Shown piece by piece: positions 12,601 through 26,064 of a DNA stretch of 64,000 nt. The stretch is from Schizochytrium sp. TIO01 (Eukaryota; Protista; Bigyra: Labyrinthulomycetes), in assembly GCA_004764695.1 (NCBI GenBank), contig SMSO01000031.1, positions 7,670,761 through 7,734,760 on the forward strand, written 5' to 3'. The position numbers were made by a program, and so were the translations under genes. Each line of letters opens with the position of its first letter. The first letter of the stretch is position 1. The notes below the pieces were generated by a model. The model searched no databases. It was not told where the DNA came from and saw only the letters and a program-made list of their open reading frames with translations.

Positions 12601-15600
12601 ATAGCTAGGAATAACAAGGCGATCCATGAGAACAGTCCACTCTCCAAAAGCTGTGCCTACGTTGCGTAAAATAAACTTTGCAGTAGAAGGACAGTGCAAG
12701 GTAACAAGACCCATATCTTGTTGAAGGGCGTCCGCTTCTAAAATAACTCGACCGATATCAGCAACTATAGGAACATTGATAATTGACCAATGCCCATCCG
12801 GAACAAGTTGCCAGCGAATTTTCAAATTCGAATCAAGAGTGGTGAGATCTTCAAACAAATGCTCATCCTCAACTGGCACGCAACAATTTATGAATATAGC
12901 CTCTGTGCCTCCAGATGCGCCAAGTACAAATATCTCCTGGCTTGAAGAGAAGTATGGAGATTCGCATAAGACTTCCAAAGTGGCTTTGAGAGATCCACTA
13001 TTGCTTAGAACAAGCTTTGCAGATGACTCTACTCCGAATTTGATTGCAGAAAAGCGCACTGCGTCGGACTTTGCTTCAACTCGAGCAGCTGCACCAACTC
13101 CACTTAAAGAGACATTTCGTCGACCAAAGACATCTTCAAGAGCTAATTGAGCGTGGTATTCAGTGTTTGCGTGTATGGGACGAAATCGCACTGGTATTGT
13201 GACAGTGCAACCAGGTTCTACGACCAGTGCACTGTCAGGGATCTCGAAGCTCAAATTATTGCATCGTGCACAATGAAAGGATTGCGGCTGAAGAGACTCG
13301 TTGGTCGCAGAAATGTACATCATCGTCCCTTCGTTGTGCACATCTGGAGGGAAATGTTCTTGCGCCGCGGTTGGCTTAAAGCTGAGCTGTTGAGGCCTGA
13401 AAACAAGTCTTCGAACGGCAGTTCCTTCCAAACGCATGTTAAAGGACGAGCTCTCTACACTAAGAATTTCTGCATCTCCTAGTTCAACATCAGTGCGCAT
13501 GTCAGGAACCTGCCAAGGCAAGAAGTCCATGGCAATTGGTACACTAACTGGAATACATACATCGGCAATGAAACTAACTCGTAAGATAAATGAATCTCCA
13601 GATTTCAGAGGAGGCAACTCAGGCAGCTCAGCATTTTGATAACGGTCTAGCGGTGCTTCAGGAATTAGAAGCCGTGGCATTAAGCCACCTTCCCTTTGAA
13701 GAAACCGTTCTAAGCTCGGCATCTGCATTTGCACTCATGAGCAGGTTGGCCTGTTCTGGGTGAAGCAGGCAAGATGATTGACTCAGAATCAAGCTCGATG
13801 AATTCGAATGCTGGTGCATGCTATTTGTAAATAAATGAGGTCTTGATCCACTATTTTGTTCCAGGTACTGTTGCATGGAGCGATTGAGCTGAGAACTAGA
13901 GTTACCCAGTTGCAGCATGTCTTGACGCGAACCTTGTTTAAGTTTAACAGATTGAAAAAATTTCGAATTGCGTCCGTAGGAAGGTTTCTCCATCCTGAAA
14001 GATGTCTCGCGGCGTTTTTGAAATGCAACAGACCCGTGAGCTTTGAAGGAAGCTCTGCTACGCAGTGCCCGTGACATAGCTGGCATTTTAATCTTTTGGA
14101 TAGAAGCAGAACCTGTGATTCTCGATTGCAGTTGTTTTGCGCGCGTTTTTCGCACAGCATGACCCAGACGCTGTTTAAGAACAATCCAAGTATATGGCCT
14201 TTCGGTGATCGGCATGACATTCGTTGTCTCAGTAAAAGAGGGCAATACTCCAATGAATGTGATGCGAGTTCTACGAAGCTGCCAGGCCAAGTTCCGTAGA
14301 CCAGTGTACTTGATACGAGAAAGGCACAGGGGAAGATTCCCAGTATTTGTCACTGTAACAAAACTTGAACTTATTGTTCCGTATTTGCGCGGACCAAACT
14401 GCACCAAACCGCCACTATGCGAGACGGAGGACAACAAGTTCATCTCACCGCAAATTCCTCGTAATAAGAATACTGAAGGCTTTCCATTTAGCATGCAAGT
14501 GAGCTCTTGTAAATACGAGCCTCCCGAAGAAGCAAAGAACGTGATAACAACATCAGCCTCTCCATTGGGCTTCATTACAACTTGTCGAGGGGAGACATTG
14601 AACGGGCTCGCAACCGTAAAGCTCAGTTCTTGTGATGTTGTACCTCTATTGACTAGTCGCCAAGTGCGAACTGTGCTCCCCCCCTGCGGAATAGCCCCGA
14701 AGTCAAACAGATCGTCGGCCTCAGGCAAGCCATGAATTGCCTCGATGTAAGCGTTTGCAACTAAATTAATGTGGCTTGTGTATGAAGCTTTCTCCTCGGC
14801 GTTGCTGTTATCAGGACATAAGCTTGTTGTAACTATGAGGGCTTCTTTGAGATTTTCTTGCGATTCAGGCTTATACACCACAGGTACAAAGACAGCTTCA
14901 AAGGGTTGTAGTATCCCCGCAGAGCTCTCAGGAAGAAGCTGAAAGGGAGAATAACCGCAGCGATCCTGCAAATCACTAGGCAGGGCGACAGTGAAATTCA
15001 CTGGATGGATTGACCAATTTCGCAGAGCCGCCCAACGGCGCGTGCACGTTCCAGCAAGGCAAGATCCAAAATTTAGTTCTGCTGTCTTGCCTGATCTTGG
15101 TAAAAGATGCAAACTCAAAGGACCGCCGCGTTGGATAAGAATGCTCGATAGATGCGATGCAATGCTTCCACTTTCTTGGGTATAATTCTTAATAGCGAGA
15201 AACCCAAATTCGCACGGTGCGACGCACGGAGAGTTTCGGTTCACAATTATTCGAGAAGAAGCTTCAATCGCTGTAGCAGATATTCCCCGTGATACTATCA
15301 AGGACTTGGGTGTATCTTCATCTGAATATATCGAAGTTTCCAACACCACCTCCGGAGTCGATCTGTCATAGTGTAATATCAACGGTTGATCTGGAGTTTG
15401 ATAAGTATTTTCACCAACAACACTCCAAGCCAGCTGCTCAACTGCTTGACAAGCATCCATTTCTTCAGAAGTAAACTCTGCATCACATCGCTTGCATAGC
15501 TCTGCAGTGTGCTGAGATATACTTCCTAGTTGCTTGCAAAACTCCAATGTACTTCCGGCAGGACCAACAAAGCTGTTTGGTCTCGTTTCACCTACCCACG

Positions 15601-18600
15601 ATTCAATGGAAGCTATACGATTAAGATCAAAACCAGCGGGGACCCCTTGGAGGCTAGGTGCAGTAACAATTCCCACAAGCTCGATGAGTCCGCAAGGTCC
15701 TGCAGCAGCGTATGTCACAGACACAGGTCGCGTTATTCGGAGACCTAGGATTGCTCGGTATATGCCACGGCATTTGCCTGGCTGAAATTGAATTTCAATC
15801 CATGCGTAGCCAAGTCCTGGTATGGTATCACTGTCAAGTAAAGTTGAACCTACAGAAGCAGTAAAACGGTCTCCTAAAGGAAGCAAAACGAAGTCAATAT
15901 CATAAGGTGAGTGATTGACAAGTGGAATTCGCAAGGTCACGGGTTCGTCACTGGGTAGCAAGGTACCGAAATATGTTCTTGGGGCTACAGGGAACTCCAA
16001 AGCTCGCCCTACAAAGCCAATAACACGAATTCTCAAAGGACACTTGAGAATTGCTGCAGTAACTTCGATAGTTCGATCAAAAGCACCTGTCCAATCACCG
16101 GGACCTGTTAGCTGTAAATCCACAACAACTTGATCCCGCCCTGGAATACCAATCAAATTTGGAATTTTGATCCACCCGCAACCCTTAAGGTTTATACCCA
16201 CTAAGACATTTTCAGTTGAGATATTCTCTAGAATAAATTTTCGTTTGAGAACCTGAAACGGGTCAACTAATCCGAAGTCTATTTGTAAACATGATTCTTG
16301 ATCCTCCCTAAGCCAAGTAAGACCTTCCGTAGAAGCTGGAACATCAGTCGCTAAATCGGGATTGGCATCTTGCACAGATTTGCCTGCAATGCTCTTGTTC
16401 ATAGCCGAACGAGCCAGGTTTTCAAGAAATGGTGTTTGTTCTTTTGGTCTTTCAAGAGGGTTATCGTATGGATAACGACGCCGAACCTGAAAGCCAGAAA
16501 TTCCACTCATTTTGCTAACAATTTTACGAACCTGTGACCAATTCTTTTTCATTGAGCCGCCTGTTGTGATGCTATTGGAAGCAGCTACATCCGATTCTAA
16601 GAGGCCTCCTCCTTTTGCAGCAACAGGATTAATGCGGCCCTGCAAAATTTCCGCGCCCTCGGCTAAATGGCTTATCGTAGGTTGGCTTTTCAGGCGCATT
16701 GCGCGCAATGTGCTTTTTCTCTTTTTTTCTAAAGTGGGTTGCACATTTCTTGATTGGTCAGTTGGGTCAGCATCAAATAGTAACTTTTCACGAGGATTCA
16801 AGCCTCGCGCCACAATCGGCAATCCACAAAATGCAGAAATAGGCAACATGTGCTCTTCTGCAGTGTTAGTTGTAACACAGAGACATGCTTCGTGTTTTCC
16901 TGGCATATCCCCAGGAGCAAAATGGATGGGTACAAACGCGTCTTGATACTTAAAGATGCTCAGTGATTGTGTGTCAACCGCAAAAAGTAAAGCAGCATCA
17001 TCTTCGAAAGTATCATCCTGAAGTCCATCAGCAATTGGAACAACCTTGAAATTTAAGTCCAATTTCTCACCACAAAGATTAGAAACTGCAGCAACAAACA
17101 TACTGTTTTGACCGGGTAAAAGCCACAGGGGTCGGCGTTGTACGTTGCTGACTTTGACAACCGGACCTCTAAAACCTTTTAGTTCAGCTGTACCGAGTAC
17201 CTGTCCAGCAAAGTCCTGAATCCTAACCTCTCCACGAATTGGAGCAGAGCGCTCGGGGTGCTTGTTTGGACGAAATATTATTTTAATTGTGACAGAAGTA
17301 ACCTTTGGGGAGAAGCGTAACACGGCAGGTTCGACCTCAAAAACTTCAGCAGGATCGAGCATAACAAAAACGTTGAGTTCATGCTGAGGAGCCACTTTAG
17401 TCTGCACTGTAATGTTTCGTTGCTCCTCGGACATTGAGTGAGTAAATTCAATAACAGCGTGTTCAAAAAGGAGCTGTACCGGCCTAGATGTTTTTACTTC
17501 ATCATCTCCACCAGCATAAAGTGATGCCATCAAAGACATTGTAGAGCCAGATTTAAGCGAGCTGGTTGCTTCAGACTCTGCAAAACCAAAGCCGTCGCTG
17601 AAACCGATATCATCATCATCTTCTTCTTCTTCTTCTTCACTAGCGTCGATAGACGTTCTGGATAAGCTTACAGGGCCTCCAATTCTTGAAGAACTGTCGT
17701 CGCTTGCTATGGCTCCTGATGGCAACGATTCAAGATCATCTACCTGGCTCAAACTCCGTTTGGAAATTTGCGTACCTCCGCCGAAGAACCCGGCTCCAGA
17801 AGCTGCCCTGCCCCGCATGAAAGCGGTAGCAACTTGGAGTTTGGCAATAAGATTTGATGTTCCCTTACCCAGATGTCGGCGCGTAGAGCGTAGCGCCTTA
17901 CGGACCATAGCACGTCGTCGTGCATAACCTTGGAAAAGAGGATGTAACACGATGGAAACTGCAGAATAAAATGGAACACCTGTCGATGTATACCCTGTGG
18001 GCAGAGGAAGCAGACCGCCCTCTGTTCGATAAAAGGGACGCCCATAGTTACTATAAACCAGCGGACGCTCAAGCTTGGAAACATCCCCATTGATTTGATA
18101 TGCAAATTTTCCCTCTCGTGAGCATGCAACTGCTCGCTTGCGTAATGGCAAAGCAGCTCCATAGAGAGGAGATCCTGAACCTTGCATATATTGATCAGGT
18201 TCAGGTGGTAAATTACACGGCGGAGCAAAAATGACTTTGCCATTGCTGCACAAGCCAGCAGGAATCGGATTTGATCGTGCCATGTTAGCACTCGTCTCGT
18301 CTTTATCAGAACCCCACATTTCAAGACTTTGCTCATCTTCCATAACCTCTAAGACCGTGACCATGGCCACAAATACTGTGCCAGCAGAAGTGCGAAAACG
18401 AATTTCAACTTGGTCGTCTTCCATCCAGTACATATCATCATTATCGTGACCTTCATTCTCATCGTCTTCATCGTTATTGAAACGCAGATCGACACTTGCA
18501 GATTGTGCCGGAGTCAGAGAATCTGCGGTGGTGACTCGAGTAATTTGACCCAGAAAGCGTCTTATTGGGTCATTCACAGTCTCTGTAATCCATATCTCAA

Positions 18601-21199
18601 TTTCGCCGCCTTCTAAAAAGCGGCTGCCAATCTGGCTCACAACGTGGTTTTCTAGTGATTTTTTGGGGAAGGGATGGTAAGCGGATACAATTGGCACTGA
18701 AGCTGTGGTATATTCATGTGGGTCAAAGGCCGAGGCCGCATCTGACATTGAGTTGTCTTGCCGACGAAAGCTTGTGCTAAGCGTTGAGCTGGCATGCGAG
18801 GCAATATCTCCATTTTCCCATATCGGCTGGTTGACATCTGCATCAACGTATGGTGTCATTGGAGGTTCCCAACCGTCAGCAAATCGAACTGGTTGGTCAG
18901 AGAGTAGTTTCGCATTATTGGAGCCATTCTTGAATACAACAGGCAGAAAACCTGCTGGTACGGTTGTCACAGAAAGGTACCCAAAGCTGTGCGCACTCAC
19001 CTCACTAGGGTCACGAGGATCTGCTGGGTTAACCTCTAGGTTTGCATCGTTTTCTATATCTGCAATACCTTTTACTTGAAGGCTTGTGTTCTTGTTCGAA
19101 AGAATTTGAAATCGAGACCTTTCAGCCCCGTGGGCTTTAGGTAGCTCTAGCACCCCTTGTTGCGGCGGTGGATACGGAGAAAAGCCAAGTTCGACGAATT
19201 CTTGTAGCTCAGGAATATCTTGCACCATTGCTGGAGTACACATGGGAACATGCTCCTTCCCTGGTCGGAAGAGCATTGGAGGAACTGTTGTGCAATTCTC
19301 TGGGACTTCAGGGAGTTCTGGAATTCGCAATGCCACGCGCACAGTTGCTTGCGCGGATCCATAGGCAACTACCGCGATGCCATCAATTCCAGTAATCCTT
19401 TCGAGAGTATTGTCACCATCCGCAATAAATTTCCGCATACTCCTTGCACCATTTAAGGAATTACTTGCGGTTCTAACAGCGCTGTGTGCCTCAGATCCGT
19501 GCGCAAGGAGTTGTGCGACAGTACCAGGTCTTTGCAATATAACACGCACTCCTTCAACACGTCGTCTCACCTCTACACGAATCTGGTCAAGCTCACCTTT
19601 TGCAGCATCTTCAATCTTTTTGAAACCTGTAAAAGGTGCATTTTGAGCGCCAAGAAGTGCAGGGAATCCTGTTACGCATTCCAGACGAAGCTCTGCAGCT
19701 CGGTATCTGACTTCGAGTTCGTCCATTCGAGAATATACGCTTGCCCAGGTGCCGAGAAAAGCAAGTGCCGCCTTTTCGACTAGACGATCACGATAGTCTT
19801 GCAGCATATCCTGCATCAAGGGCACAAAAAGGGCGCAAAACCTCAAGAGCCCAAGGTCCATATCTTTGGCATCACTGTGGAAAGCCTCTTGCTCGAACTC
19901 ATCAAGCTCGTCTTCAAATTCGTCAAGGCCATCCTGGTCATCCTCCACATGCTGGGACAATAGAATTCGAGACTCGGTTTCAAGCATTGTCAGAAAATTA
20001 GCAACAACGAGAGGAGACAGTCGCACACGCGACGCTAGTAGCTCATATGCAACAAAAAGGATTCCAGATCGGCTCCACAAACGGGTCTCCGGCTGCTCAA
20101 ATTGGATGACTCCACCAAGGCAACTTCCTAGGACCGCGATCACACGTTGAACGGGTCTATTACTTTCTCGGAAACACCAGTATCGGCCGAGCTCACCAGT
20201 TTCGCCACCGCAGCGATTAAAGGCATCCGCAATAAAGTGGAGCACAAACATTCGTATCCTCTCGCGTTGAGCTTGGGCCTCGGATCGTGAAGACCCGTCC
20301 AGGCGGTGGAAATTACTGGCCCGGCGGAATTGTTCATGGCCAGATGAGCTGCTCATTTCCCCGTGACCACTAAGTGTGGTACCCAAAAGCTGTGTGGCAA
20401 CAAGGCGATTATCCTCAACCTCGTCACCCACAATCATGTCTAGCAGATCCGTCACAAACTTACGCGCCACACGAGCCTCCAAAAGGTCCCACAACGGGTA
20501 TATCCGAAATAGCTGCCCAATTTTCAGCAGTGCGGCCTTCCGAAGTGGCGCTTCAGAATGACCCATCATGCCAAATAAGTTCTTCCACAGCCTCTGTGCC
20601 CCCCGAAAATCCTGCACAGCAAACGCTGAAGCCATATCTTTATCGCAAAGGTCTACCTCCAAAAAGTCCCGATCATACGCGGCCCCTTGCAGCAGTACCC
20701 TAGAGCTTACCGCCCACATCTCGTTGGGCGTCCTCGACGTTGCCGAAGCATTCTGGGTCACAGAAATTTCAGAGCCATGCCCGTACCCGCTCCGCGAGCT
20801 TCGTCCAGAGTCCGATACATTCCCATCAAACTGCGAATCCTCATCGATGCCCTTGTTTCTGGGAAAATCAGCGAAATCCTCGTTGCTGCTATCGTCATTG
20901 TTATCATTTAAGTCGTCATCAACGCTGCTCCTGCCGCCTGAAAATCCAAAGTCATCGTCTTCGTCAAGGCTTCCACCTTTGCGATTTTTAGCAAAGTCTT
21001 CTGCTGCAAATTCGTCGGCATCGAAGTCCTCTGCGGCAGAGTCTTCATTGTCAAAATCTGCATCGGAATCTGCACCGCGGCTGTCGCGAAAGGCAAATTC
21101 CTCGTCAGCGTCCGAGAAGCGGTCGGATGTGGCGCTCGCTCCGTCGGGGTCCAGGCCTGAGGGTGCACCACCTGCCGAGTCTGAGCTTCCTGTGCTCAT
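6655..21199 (-). CDS. Giant multi-ASH (ASPM-SPD-2-Hydin, Ig-like) domain protein, Hydin/CFAP47/CFAP65-like, ~4,847 aa; one +1 frame break at 13658-13737
   Basis: ORFs 13658..21199 and 6655..13734 overlap. About 18 repeats of the ASH signature (DFG...hxNxG...L.PG...V.F.P...L.G), e.g. FDFGAIPQGGSTVRTWRLVNRGT and IDFGVILVGAHAQKVFKIQNTGR. One ASH unit starts in the upstream ORF (VQFGPRKYG...VTNTGNLP) and appears to finish in the downstream ORF (LPPLKSGDSFILRVSF...LEG). Confidence 0.75.
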
Positions 21200-22339
21200 T
21201 ATCTACCTATGCCCTCAATCTGTAGCTTTGACAAATCAGTATTAGCTTGCAGTGGACCTGAGTTGGTCCTCGATCTATGAATTTGAGGCAGAATCCGGTG
21301 TGGTTTTGAATTTGCGTTGGAAAATCTTGAGCCACGTAGCAGGCCCAACAGCCAACTAGAGCGGCGTAAGACGCCTCCCTCACGCCCAAAAGGCGGATTT
21401 CGGGAGCGCAAAAGGGGGTCTGCGGCGCTCAGTGCTACTATACTGCCGCTGAGGGCTCAAACTCTGCTTGGAGTTGCTTGGAGTTGAAATTTAAAAACCA
21501 AAGAACCTTCAATGATGATCCCTTTTTTGCTCCTACTTTCTTTCTCTTTTCTTCAATGATTTGCATGTTCTCTTTGTTCTCTTTGTTCTACTCACTTTAG
21601 CATTGACTAGGGCGTTCCTGTATCATGTTCTGATTAAAACACTATTGACTAAGTAGGAGGTACCTAAACGCTATACGGTCCTAAACAATGAAACTTCGGT
21701 TCTTTTCCACAGTCTGCAGGGTGGTGGAAGAGCTGGCTCTGATTAAATGTTTGCAGGCCTCATATGAGGTCAAAGCATGAGGCCCTCACACGAAGTCACT
21801 TGCTTGGAGTTGTAAAGCTGCTGTTATAAGCATGCAAAGAGATGGTAGAATAGGTCTAGTTAGGAACATTAAGTACTATGACAGGTGGGACAACTACGAG
21901 TGAACTTTTCACTTATGAAGTGGTATAAAACTTACTTACAGAGACAATAGTTGACTTAGAGGGTCTAAAATGGGACAAATGGGCGACATTATAGGAGTCC
22001 GTTAAAGAGTTTTACTAGTTGGGCTTACGGAGATTTCTAACGCATAGACGTCGTTTGTCAAGTAAAAGACGGGTGTCTCAGTATTTCACTATCATGAAAA
22101 CAACTTGGGGTCTAAATAAAAGACCGCGGCTCAATACAATAGAGATGAGAAGAGAGGTTGCCACGGGGGTATATAAGAAATAAAAAAGAAGCTTGAGGAG
22201 GAGTTTACTTGAATTTGGGTTATTTGAGATTTTTAAGAAACAATTTTTCTGCTTTACATGATGTACTATTATATGCATCGAGCACCAACAGCGCTTGTGG
22301 AAGATGCTTGTGCTTTCTCACAATATTCATAGGAAATTT

Positions 22340-25300
22340 CTACCAGGGTCGCTTCCAAGTCGACTCTCCAGTATTTTTATTTACATAGTAAGACGCTCCA
22401 TCGATTGCAGAATAGTACTCATCCCAATTTTCTTCTGGCCGACGTAAAGCATCAGGTTTTTCCCAAACTACTTCTTCAGTAGTATTAGTAAACTTATTCC
22501 AACAATAATAATAGGGGCGCCCAGATTCCTCATCGAAAGGCCTCAAACCACTGCTGGTTAGAAGTGTCGTCTAAAGCTGCCTGTCGCTCGGCAGCTGTGA
22601 GTTCGCGATTTGCCTTTTCGCGTTCTTCTGGTGTAAAGTACTCCTCTGGCTTGATGTAAGTCCATTCTCCAGTAATAGAACTCATCCAATATGGCTTGCT
22701 CTCATTATAATCCCAATATTCTGCATACTCGTATCCGATGTCCTCAATTGGACGTTCCCATCTCGCCTCCTGAGTATCACGGTTCACATAGAATGGACGA
22801 TTAAGTGCTGGGTGCATGTAAACCTTCCAAAGAGGCTCGTCAGGATCAGGACCTAATACTTTGGGGCGTTCCCATGTTGAAATCCCCATAGCAGTATTTT
22901 CATAATATTTTACACCAGAAGTTTCATCTACATGGACACTCCATTGGTTCATACGACGGTCCAGTTTTTCTTGCTCAATCTCTGCCCTAATGATTTTGCG
23001 CATATGCATCTCTTCATGTAGCATAAGACGCCGCTCATTACGCTCTCTCTCGGCGTAAACATACGCTATTGGCTTTTCAAAGCATGTTTCCATAGTTTGA
23101 CTGTTAAAATAGTATGTCTTTTCGTTCCACGTATCCCAATGTCGCGTCCATGCGCACTCCAGTTCACGATCTTCATCATTTGCGGCATTACGAGCAACTT
23201 GAACAAGGAAGGCTGTGTAAGCTCCCTGATTTCGCCTCCATTGGCGTTGAATTCTTAAAGCCGCTCGTTTTCTCGCAATGTAAAAGCGAAACAGCTTCTG
23301 AATTTTTCTTGCGCAATTATCTTTATTCATAGCATTTGCACGCATTAGCGCCTGCAAGTACGAACGTTTGACAGCAAGCGATCGGCGCACGAGGTACCCA
23401 CGAATATTGCATTGAATTCGCACTGCAGCCTCTTTTTGTTTTTTAAAGTATATTTTTGCAAGCGTGCCTCTAATAATGGCCTGAATTCGGGTTGCTGCTG
23501 TACGAGCCCGTAGCAAGAATCTACGTACAAGCATACCTCTCACAACTGCTTGCATTTTGATGATAGCACTCTTCTTTTTAATGTAAATAAGACGCTGTGT
23601 CCATCCTCGTGCTGCAGCTTGAATTTGGATTGAAGCATCGCGTTGTTCAACAAACCAGGATCTTTCCAGCCATCGCCTATATTGTGATTGAATAAGAATA
23701 GCTGCTTGCTTCTTCTTAAGAAATGCAGCACGTTGAACAATGCTTCGATATTTAGCTTGAAGATGAATACATGCCATGCGCAACATATGATAACGACGCT
23801 TATGAACAAAGGCCCGTGCTACGGATTGCATTTGAACCACTGCTCTGCGTCTTTGCGCTGCCCTTTTCCGAGCCAGGTGTCCACGAACAATTGCTTGAAT
23901 AGCTTTTGCATTCTTAGTCCGCTTTGCGTGTAGACGCCATCGCATACCAGCCAAGCTGAGAGCATGTTGACGCCTCTCAAGCTTATATTTCGCAGCAAGA
24001 TTAAGAATACGCGTTATTCGTCTTCTCCATGCACGCTGCACTCGAATAGCAGCAGATATGTGATCTCTAGACCATTGTATACTAAATATAATGCCCTCTT
24101 TACTGTTGAGATGTGCCTTCTCATGATCTTTTAGTACTCCGTGTATTACATGCATACAAGAACGACAAAATTTGCCTTCGCATGCTCGACAGTACACAGC
24201 ACAAACCTCGTCATTGCATTCATCGCATAAAGGCATGCCTTCAAGGCGATTGCGGCGTTCGCGTAATGCAGAGAGCATGCAACGTGCCGCGTGTGATCTC
24301 ACAGCTCGCTGTAAAATGAGAACTGCTTTCTTTTGCTGACAAAACGAATAGTGTTGCAGTTTAAGACGTATAAAAGCTTGGATTTGGATGATCGCACCTT
24401 TTCGCTGCTTGTACCAGCAGTGATGCCGCCACTTACGCTGGATTGACCATACTTTGTGATAAATACGTAGTTGCTTTGCTCGATATGCACGCTGAACAAT
24501 TCGTGCAGCTCGCTCACGTTGTTGGTTTCGGAGGTGAATAATAACAGCAAACTTCCTATAGAATTTCTGGATGATGTAAGCACATCGTTCACGTTCTCGC
24601 CGTATTAGGAAGTATCCCAGCTGTGCGTGTTTTGCCCGCCATCTTGCTTGAATCCGGAGTGCGCACAGCTCACGTTTTGTATGACGTGCATGCTTTGCTC
24701 TCCGCCGTGCTTGGCGTCCTCGAATAATGCGCTGCATTTCAATAGCACCTGCATTTTCCCGAATCTTTCTAAGACGTCGAAAGTGCACGTGCAATTTACC
24801 CTGGCGACAGCGCCACCTTGTCTGAATTCTCAGAGCGCATCTCTCGAGACGAAGATTTTCAAGCTTTTTCATTGCTGCTGCCATGCGCATAAACTGTGTA
24901 ACGCAAAGTGCTGCTTTCTGCCGCTTGTGAGCTTGCATGATCTTTCGCGCCACACTTGTCTCCACACAATTTCTCCATGCCTGTTGGATTGTAAATGCCG
25001 CATCTTCCTTCTGTTGGCATTTGCGAGCTTTTTGCAGCATTCTTTTTGCTATAATCTTTCTACCAAAGCATTGAATTTTAGTAGCAGCATTACGCTGGTA
25101 GCGTTCAAGACGCAGTCTATGCGCATTCCGTAAAGCATGGCGGCGACGAACTTGTGCAGCAATACGGGTTTGCGCTCGTCCTCGCCGAAGCCTGTGAATA
25201 TTGTTCCGGACAAAATGACCCCGATACACTCTTTGTATTTGCATTGCTGCAGCAGTTTGTCCTCTCTTTTTGGAAGTTGTCGGCCTGTGTTTTGATTGCA

Positions 25301-26064
25301 AGAAAAGCAGGTTCAAGCCTTTGTTTTCGCCATGCTACAAGAACCGAACGGAGCTTGAATTTGAGAAATTTGCGTTCATGAATCTCAAGACGCTGTTGTA
25401 AACGCTTTTCAATTTTATCCACCTCGTTGTTACTCTGCATAGCAGAAGGATCTGAAGCATAAAATGCGGGATCATGGGAGCTTTCGCGGAACATGCCCAA
25501 CTTTTCCACAACCTTGATTTCAATACGCCGTTCTCCTTCGTCATAAGCTTGTTGCATTCCTCTGTGAGGGTGCAGGTGAGCCTTGAACATATTATCTACC
25601 TCGGTTTGAACGTGGTCCACGCTCCAAGTTGACCCATGCCATACAAAGCTATGATGGCGCATCTCCACTCGAAATACACCTGCACAGAGAGATTCTGAGG
25701 TGGAGTCTAAATTGTTGATTTTGTCGAGTAAAATTGAGACATTTTTTTGAGGAAGACCTTTGGATCTAAACCCTCGGGAACGTATAGCAACACGCTTGGA
25801 AATTTGACTTCGACCAAGAGCTTTTCGATACTCTAAAGCTTTGGTTTTGGGTGTGCGGAATGGCTGCCCTGGTGTCTGTTTAAAGTCTTGATTTTGTGGT
25901 GGCCATGCAAGTTGCGCCCTCCTCTTCGTTAAACCCGGAACCTCAGGAACTGGCCGATCATAGTCCCTATCGTGGACCCCTGGTCTTGGACGCTTGCCCC
26001 TACGTGGTCGCTTCAGCCGACTACCTCCAGCATTTTCTGCGCTGGATGCTGCACGAATACCCAT
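22340..26064 (-). CDS. IQ-motif repeat / B-box zinc finger / multi-WW domain protein, ~1,240 aa; two +1 frame breaks (~25250-25335 and 22530-22540)
   Basis: Joins ORFs 25117..26064, 22530..25316 and 22340..22546. Many IQxxxRGxxxR motifs, a B-box (CDECNDEVCAVYCRACEGKFCRSCMHVIH...H) and several WW domains (WSVHVDETSGVKYYENTAMGISTWERP). One WW domain (WFEAF|DEESGRPYYY) is split by the last break. Confidence 0.8.

Noticed and set aside
6655-13734. Treating the 2,359-aa ORF as a separate gene
   Set aside because: It overlaps the upstream ORF with no promoter space, and an ASH domain appears to span the junction.
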